The notes beneath the pieces were generated by a model, which did no database searches, had not been told where the DNA came from, and was given only the letters and a program-made list of their open reading frames with translations. The position numbers and the translations under genes are program-made. 64,000 nt of DNA from Bacteroidota bacterium (GTDB lineage Bacteria; Bacteroidota; Bacteroidia; UKL13-3): NCBI GenBank assembly GCA_037141455.1, contig JBAXCN010000003.1, positions 4,218 to 68,217 on the forward strand, in the 5' to 3' direction. Below are positions 58,785 through 64,000 of the stretch, in pieces; position 1 is the first letter of the stretch, and every line of letters begins with the position of its first letter.

Positions 58785-59588
58785 TTAAAAAATAAATTTT
58801 ATTCCGAACATTTGGCTTCTACTATTTACAGTTTCTGGAACTCCTAATGCTTGATTTCTAATATTTAATTGAATACCAAAGTTAGATTTTGTTAAAACAC
58901 CTAAACCCAATTCGAAGTAAAAATTACTTTTCAAATTATAAATATCATAATCAATTTTATCGTTTTTACTATTTTTATAACTTCCGCTTATGGGTATTGT
59001 AAAACCATAATCGAAGTTTAAGAAAATAAACTTTTCTAAATAAAAATTATTATTTAAAAAAACTGGCATTTGAATAACTTCAATATTTGAACCTCCTTTA
59101 TTTATATATTCTATACCCGAACCTATACCAAAATCAAATTTTCGGTATTGGTTTAGTACAAATGCATATTGAGCTGAAAATAAATATAAATTACCCGAAA
59201 ACGAAAATCCAATTTTAGGATTTGCATTAAATGCTAGTTGTTTTAATTTTATAATAGAATCTGTTTTTATATACCATTCATTTGCTTCTTCTTCAGCTAA
59301 AATATAATTTTGATTTTGACATATTTTATTTATTTCTTTTTCTCTTTTTTCTAAAAGCAAAAAAGTTTTTTCTAATAACTTATCTATTGAATCAGGTACA
59401 ATTGCATCAAAATTAGAATCATTAGCGCCATATTTTTTATAAATATTTTTCACAACACTTTGCAACGCAATATATGTTGAATCGTATTTAAGCATATTTG
59501 CTTTCATACTATTTTGGGCATTAACATTTAATATGCCAACTACAAAAAATAATACAATTACTATATTTATAATTTTAAATTTCTTCAT
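58785..59588 (-). CDS. Hypothetical outer-membrane beta-barrel-like protein inserted between gldA and gldF
   Basis: Signal peptide, helical K/E-rich N-terminal half, beta-rich C-terminal half ending ...FGIKFIF. Confidence 0.5.
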   Translation of the reverse strand: MKKFKIINIVIVLFFVVGILNVNAQNSMKANMLKYDSTYIALQSVVKNIYKKYGANDSNFDAIVPDSIDKLLEKTFLLLEKREKEINKICQNQNYILAEEEANEWYIKTDSIIKLKQLAFNANPKIGFSFSGNLYLFSAQYAFVLNQYRKFDFGIGSGIEYINKGGSNIEVIQMPVFLNNNFYLEKFIFLNFDYGFTIPISGSYKNSKNDKIDYDIYNLKSNFYFELGLGVLTKSNFGIQLNIRNQALGVPETVNSRSQMFGIKFIF

Positions 59589-59604
59589 AATTCAACAATT
59601 ACAA

Positions 59605-60504
59605 TTACCTCGTTAACCTTTGAAATACTTCTTCCAACGAGCTTTCTTCTAAATTCATACTTAATACCAACCAATTATTTTCGGCCGCTTTTTGTGCAAT
59701 TTTTTCTCTTATGTCTGCTTTCGCGGTAATTGTAAAACCTTCTTTTGTAGCAACTATATTTAAGTTTTTATCGATGGTTTTGAGGTTTTCAATAGTTGGA
59801 CTATTTTTAAATTGAACCGAAATAATATATTCTTTGCTAAACGACTGTTGTAAATTTTCAATTTTATCGTCAGCTACAATTTTACCTTTATTTATAATCA
59901 CAACTCTGCTGCACATGGCCTCTACTTCTTGCATTATATGACTCGACAGAATTACCGTTTTATCTTTTCCTATATCTTTTATTAAATTTCTAATTTCTGT
60001 AACTTGGTTTGGATCCAAACCACTGGTTGGTTCATCTAAAATTAATACACTTGGGTTATGAATCATTGCTGCTGCTAAGCCAACCCGCTGTTTGTATCCT
60101 TTGCTTAACTGATTAATTTTCTTTTTGCGTTCCAAACTCAAACCTGTTTTAGAAATCATTTCTTCTGCAGCTTGATTTGCTCCCTCTTTTATTCCGTAGC
60201 TATTGGCAATAAATAGCAAATATTCCTTTATATACATATCGGTATAAAGGGGATTTAATTCGGGTAAATAACCTACTTCTTTTCTAATATGTATGCTGTT
60301 TTCGTTTATTTCAGTTTCATTTATAAATGCTTTTCCACTTGTTGCTGGAATATAACCAGTTAATATTTTCATGGTGGTAGATTTTCCCGCACCATTTGGT
60401 CCTAAAAATCCTAATATTTCGCCTTTTTGCGCTTCAAAACTAATGCTGTTTAAAGCTTTTTGGCTGCCATATATTTTGGTTAAGTTTTCTACTTTTATCG
60501 ACAT
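59605..60504 (-). CDS. gldA: GldA-type ABC transporter ATP-binding protein
   Basis: GPNGAGKST Walker A, LSKGYKQRV signature and LILDEPTSGLD Walker B. Confidence 0.8.
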   Translation of the reverse strand: MSIKVENLTKIYGSQKALNSISFEAQKGEILGFLGPNGAGKSTTMKILTGYIPATSGKAFINETEINENSIHIRKEVGYLPELNPLYTDMYIKEYLLFIANSYGIKEGANQAAEEMISKTGLSLERKKKINQLSKGYKQRVGLAAAMIHNPSVLILDEPTSGLDPNQVTEIRNLIKDIGKDKTVILSSHIMQEVEAMCSRVVIINKGKIVADDKIENLQQSFSKEYIISVQFKNSPTIENLKTIDKNLNIVATKEGFTITAKADIREKIAQKAAENNWLVLSMNLEESSLEEVFQRLTR

Positions 60505-60560
60505 GTTTGCGTATTACAAAGGTCAGCGAAAATAAGAAAAAGGTTGGTTTCATTTACAAT

Positions 60561-60597
60561 AAAAAAAGCCTCTTATTTTTAAAAAGAGGCTTTTTTT
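60561..60597. terminator. Terminator downstream of the PfkB kinase gene
   Basis: AAAAAAAGCCTCTT-9 nt-AAGAGGCTTTTTTT. Confidence 0.8.
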
Positions 60598-60621
60598 AAG
60601 TTATATTAATAAAAAAAATTA

Positions 60622-61536
60622 CTAAATAGTAAAACTCGAAAGTTTTTTAAACTCTGCTACGCGTGCATTTAATTCAGTATCGGTTAAATCAACCAATCGC
60701 TCAGTTCCAAATTTTTCAACACAAAAGCTAGCCATAGCCGAACCATAAATTACAGCATTTTTCATGTTGTCAAAACTTAAATCGTTTGTTTTGGCTAAAT
60801 AACCAATAAAACCTCCAGCAAAAGTATCACCCGCTCCAGTTGGGTCAAAAACTTCTTCTAAAGGCAATGCAGGTGCATAAAACATTTCTTTGCCATGAAA
60901 TAACAAAGCGCCATGTTCCCCTTTTTTAATAATTAAAAATTTAGGACCCATAGTTTGTATTTTAGCCGCAGCTTTTACCAACGAATATTCTCCAGAAAGT
61001 TGACGAGCTTCTTCATCGTTTATGGTTAATACATCTACCATTTTTAAAGTTTCCTTTAAATCGTCCATTGCTATTTCCATCCAAAAATTCATTGTGTCAA
61101 GTACAATTAATTTAGGGCGGTTGGTTAAACGTTCAATTACCGTTTGTTGAATTTTGGGAGTTAAATTTCCTAACATTAAATACTCGCAGTTTTGGTAACT
61201 AGCAGGAATTATTGGATCAAAATTACCCAATACATTTAATTCAGTAACTAAAGTATCGCGGCTATTCATATCGTTGTGGTATTTACCACTCCAAAAAAAC
61301 GATTTTTCACCAGCTTTAACTTGCAAACCTTCAGTGTTTACACCATTTACATTTAAATGATTGACAAACTCTTGAGGGAAATCATCGCCTACAACGGCAA
61401 CTAAATTTACACTTTTTGTAAAATACGAAGAACACAACGCAATGTAAGAAGCAGCACCTCCTACAATTTTATCTGTCTTTCCAAATGGGGTTTCTATGGC
61501 ATCAAAAGCAACCGAACCAACAACTAATAAACTCAT
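60622..61536 (-). CDS. PfkB-family carbohydrate/nucleoside kinase
   Basis: DPTGAGDTFAGGF motif and GAxxN-type N-terminal motif. Confidence 0.85.
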   Translation of the reverse strand: MSLLVVGSVAFDAIETPFGKTDKIVGGAASYIALCSSYFTKSVNLVAVVGDDFPQEFVNHLNVNGVNTEGLQVKAGEKSFFWSGKYHNDMNSRDTLVTELNVLGNFDPIIPASYQNCEYLMLGNLTPKIQQTVIERLTNRPKLIVLDTMNFWMEIAMDDLKETLKMVDVLTINDEEARQLSGEYSLVKAAAKIQTMGPKFLIIKKGEHGALLFHGKEMFYAPALPLEEVFDPTGAGDTFAGGFIGYLAKTNDLSFDNMKNAVIYGSAMASFCVEKFGTERLVDLTDTELNARVAEFKKLSSFTI

Positions 61537-61654
61537 AAATAATATATTAAACTTTTTTTAATTTTTTTTCGGTGCAAATATTGTATTTTTAATTATCAAT
61601 TCCTATCATTGCACCCTCGTTAAAGGAAAATAATTTAACGAAACATGGTAACAT

Positions 61655-61728
61655 TCCTTGGTAGCTCAGCTGGTTAGAGCACATGACTGTTAATCATGGG
61701 GTCGCTGGTTCGAGTCCAGCCCAGGGAG
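61655..61728 (+). tRNA. tRNA-Asn (anticodon GTT)
   Basis: Manual fold: acceptor TCCTTGG/CCAGGGA, anticodon stem CATGA/TCATG with loop CTGTTAA, T-arm GCTGGTTCGAGTCCAGC. Confidence 0.9.
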
Positions 61729-61763
61729 CAAAAGCCAATCGTAAATTACGGTTGGCTTTTTTT
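61724..61763 (+). repeat. 40-bp direct repeat, copy 1 (tRNA-Asn 3' end plus its terminator)
   Basis: GGGAGCAAAAGCCAATCGTAAATTACGGTTGGCTTTTTTT, identical to 62538-62577. It contains the terminator hairpin GCCAATCGTA/TACGGTTGGC. Confidence 0.95.
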
Positions 61764-61783
61764 GTTTATAGAATTATTTTTTT

Positions 61784-61800
61784 GTTTTCTATTAGAAAAC
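61784..61800. promoter_or_regulatory. Candidate higBA operator palindrome
   Basis: GTTTTCT-ATT-AGAAAAC, 16 nt upstream of the higB start. Confidence 0.35.
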
Positions 61801-61815
61801 ATTTAATTTTGAAAA

Positions 61816-62127
61816 GTGTTCAATATCATCACCAGAAGAACTTTATTAGCTTATGCCGAAAAATATCCATTAGCTGCTAATGCGCTGTATGAGTGGTATT
61901 ATGAATTGGTAAAATCGGATTTTGAAAACTTCAACGTCTTAAAATTTGTTTATGGTTCTGCTAGTTTGGCCGGAGATGATAGGATTGTTTTCAATATTAT
62001 GGGAAATAAGTTTAGGCTTGTGGTTCGTATTGTTTTTGAATATAAAGCCATACAAATTAAGTGGTTTGGAACACACAAGGAATACGATAAAATAAATGTA
62101 TCAACTATTCAAAATAAAATAAAATAA
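61816..62127 (+). CDS. higB: Type II toxin HigB (mRNA interferase)
   Basis: 103 aa, GTG start. The pattern ...DFENFNVLKFVYGSASLAGDDRIVFNIMGNKFRLVVRIVFEYKAIQIKWFGTHKEYDKI is typical of the HigB family. Confidence 0.85.
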   Translation: MFNIITRRTLLAYAEKYPLAANALYEWYYELVKSDFENFNVLKFVYGSASLAGDDRIVFNIMGNKFRLVVRIVFEYKAIQIKWFGTHKEYDKINVSTIQNKIK

Positions 62128-62483
62128 TGGAACTATCTGTAATAAAAAATAAAACTCAATACGAAGCATACCTGAAATGGGTAGATGAAATGTTTGATAA
62201 AAAGATATTACCAAATTCAACAAATGGAAAAAAAATTGAAGTGGCTTTGTTACTTATTAAACAATATGAAGATGCTCATTTCTCTATCCCTTATCCTGAC
62301 CCTCTTGAAACTATCAAACTAAAAATGACTGAGCTTGGATTAAAAAACAAAGACTTGGTTGGTAAATTTGGTAGTAAGGGTTATGTCTCCTCTCTGTTAA
62401 GTGGTAGAAAACCATTAACACTTGAATTGGCAAGACTTTTTCATCAGGAATTACACATTCCCGCTGAAGTTTTTTTTGCTTAA
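62127..62483 (+). CDS. higA: HigA-type antitoxin with C-terminal HTH
   Basis: TAATG overlap with higB. C-terminal HTH-like LGLKNKDLVGKFGSKGYVSSLLSGRKPLTLELARLF. Confidence 0.8.
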   Translation: MELSVIKNKTQYEAYLKWVDEMFDKKILPNSTNGKKIEVALLLIKQYEDAHFSIPYPDPLETIKLKMTELGLKNKDLVGKFGSKGYVSSLLSGRKPLTLELARLFHQELHIPAEVFFA

Positions 62484-62498
62484 ATTGAATAATTCATA

Positions 62499-62537
62499 CT
62501 CAATTGACTCGTTTTGCTTGCATCTTTTGTCAATGAG
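62499..62537 (+). other. Bulged hairpin abutting the right-hand repeat copy
   Basis: CTCAATTGAC-20 nt-GTCAATGAG (9 bp with one bulged A), ending exactly where the 40-bp repeat begins. Confidence 0.4.
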
Positions 62538-62577
62538 GGGAGCAAAAGCCAATCGTAAATTACGGTTGGCTTTTTTT
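62538..62577 (+). repeat. 40-bp direct repeat, copy 2
   Basis: Identical to 61724-61763 and offset by 814 bp. Confidence 0.95.
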
Positions 62578-62699
62578 ATAAATGTTTAACTTTTACATTA
62601 TTCTCTAAAATTAGATATTTTATATTGGATCGACTGATAATACCGAAAGCATATCTGTATTAGTCCAATCACGCCTTGCATGATGTCCTAAACAGCTAT

Positions 62700-62960
62700 T
62701 GCATCGGCATTGTACCAACAAAATTTGGTCTAAAATACAAATAACTTTTGTATAATTTTGATTTTAGAATTATTCAGCATAACTCAGCTTTATATTAAGT
62801 TGTGTTCACATCTAATGGGATTCCTTGGGATTTATTTCTTTAAATTGAATATAATAACAATGCTCAAGCTTATCATATTGAAAAGCAAATCAAAAAAAAG
62901 AAGTCGGAAATTTATTCAAAATTTTTAACCGAATTTATATCGAGAATCCATACTTGTTTA
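62700..62960 (+). pseudogene. Decayed GIY-YIG (UPF0213-like) nuclease gene
   Basis: One frame reads ...LLYNFDFRIIQHNSALY*VVFTSNGIPWDLFL*IEYNNNAQAYHIEKQIKKKKSEIYSKFL. This matches the family pattern R..QHN...T...PW.L.Y.E.....A...E..IKK but carries in-frame stops at 62742, 62796 and 62841. Confidence 0.45.
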
Positions 62961-63167
62961 TTCTTTTACTTCACTTAATCCTCAATCTTAAGCAGCAGTT
63001 GATCTTTAAGATTATTTCCAAACTCATAGTGTGTTTATTCGAAAATCGTTGAATAATGTCTCGACTCCGTTCGACATGACCCGTGTCTTTGCTCGACATG
63101 ACCTATGACTCTACTTAAAATGTACGATAATTCTACTTGGATGATTTACAAATAAACACAGTGCCAT

Positions 63168-63220
63168 AAAACAGAAAGTGGCCATCTTTTTGAGACAGCC
63201 ACTTTCTGTTTTATTTTTTT
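63168..63220. terminator. Terminator downstream of mdh
   Basis: AACAGAAAGTGGC-15 nt-GCCACTTTCTGTT flanked by A- and T-runs. Confidence 0.75.
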
Positions 63221-63231
63221 AAAACTAAGTA

Positions 63232-64000
63232 TTACAAAACACCAATTTCACTTAAAACAGTATTCATCGCTCTAACTGCATCTGCACTTTTTGCAAATTC
63301 AGTTTTTTCACCATCTGTTAAGTGGTAATCAACTATTGTTTCCCATCCGTTTTTGCCTATAGTAACTGGAACACCTAAGCAAATATCTTTTTGGCCATAG
63401 TCGCCATCTAAATAAACACAACAAGGCATTACACGTTTTTGGTCACGAACAATGCTTTCAACCAATAATGCACTTGCAGCACCTGGTGCATACCAAGCCG
63501 AAGTTCCTAATAATTTGGTTAAAGTAGCACCACCCACCATAGTTGCATCGCTAATTTCTTTTAATTGTTCGGCACTTAAAGTATTTGAAACAGGCACACC
63601 GTTTAAAGTTGCCAATCGAGTTAAAGGAATCATGGTGGTATCTCCATGTCCACCAATTACAGTTCCTTGTATATCGGCAGTAGGTTGGTTTAAAGCCAAA
63701 CCTAAATAGCCTTTAAAACGAGCGCTATCTAATAAACCACCCATACCAATAATTCTGTTTTTTGGTAAGCCAGTCGATTTTAAAGCCAAGTATGTCATGG
63801 TATCCATAGGGTTTGATACTACAACTATAATTGCATTGGGCGAATGTTTTAATACATTTTCAGCAACAGTTTTTACTATATTGGCATTGGTGCCAATTAA
63901 TTCTTCACGCGTCATACCTGGTTTACGTGGAATACCAGAGGTTATTACTACTACATCCGAATTGGCTGTTTTGCTGTAATCGTTGGTAGTTCCGCTTATG
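63232..64000 (-). CDS. mdh: Malate dehydrogenase (LDH-like family); 5' end lies outside the window
   Basis: ITSGIPRKPGMTREEL, VVSNPMD and GGHGDTMIP motifs. The reading frame stays open to position 64000, upstream of the track's internal Met. Confidence 0.9.
   Translation of the reverse strand, partial: ISGTTNDYSKTANSDVVVITSGIPRKPGMTREELIGTNANIVKTVAENVLKHSPNAIIVVVSNPMDTMTYLALKSTGLPKNRIIGMGGLLDSARFKGYLGLALNQPTADIQGTVIGGHGDTTMIPLTRLATLNGVPVSNTLSAEQLKEISDATMVGGATLTKLLGTSAWYAPGAASALLVESIVRDQKRVMPCCVYLDGDYGQKDICLGVPVTIGKNGWETIVDYHLTDGEKTEFAKSADAVRAMNTVLSEIGVL

Noticed and set aside
61683-61880. 65-aa ORF in the track
   Set aside because: It starts inside tRNA-Asn and runs through the terminator and the higB promoter, so it is an artefact.
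62600-62700. Tyrosine-recombinase remnant on the minus strand next to the second 40-bp repeat (a frame reads ...CLGHHARRDWTNTDM)
   Set aside because: Only an LGH tripeptide resembles the integrase C-terminus and the catalytic Tyr context is absent. This is too weak to call without BLASTX.

Overview
Visibly AT-rich chromosomal segment from a Bacteroidota genome, probably Flavobacteriia- or Cytophagia-like. The lineage markers are T9SS C-terminal sorting domains, a PorV-like barrel, a DUF5103 T9SS plug-like protein, gldA/gldF/gldG, a GLPGLI protein, type III glutamine synthetase, and TAnnTTTG -7 boxes. Most of the window is housekeeping: radA, ridA, tpiA, recA, alkB, hppA, PNP, lpxK, greA, HIT, glnN, gcvH, mdh and tRNA-Glu/Met/Asn, interleaved with outer-membrane and secreted proteins. 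No CRISPR array, rRNA, transposase, integrase or phage gene was recognised. Six things stand out. (1) Three or four very small inserts are each bracketed by long direct repeats and have no recombinase nearby: higBA behind tRNA-Asn (perfect 40-bp repeat containing the tRNA 3' end and its terminator), parDE (about 60-bp GC-rich hairpin repeat), a 71-aa antitoxin-like gene (33-bp hairpin repeat), and a 47-bp palindrome element with a 13-bp duplication. (2) The membrane pyrophosphatase carries a 119-aa C-terminal tail with 19 Cys and 16 Met. (3) A tightly packed trio encodes a 1253-aa TonB-receptor-like barrel, a 1282-aa protein with a T9SS-type C-terminal domain, and a PorV-like barrel. (4) A 148-bp structured element is duplicated with a 214-bp period downstream of recA. 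(5) Several GC-rich hairpin islands lie in otherwise AT-rich spacers. (6) A 650-bp decayed region next to the higBA insert contains a GIY-YIG pseudogene. All family assignments come from motif recognition by eye. No database search was run, and exact start codons are uncertain wherever the ORF track begins at TTG or GTG.
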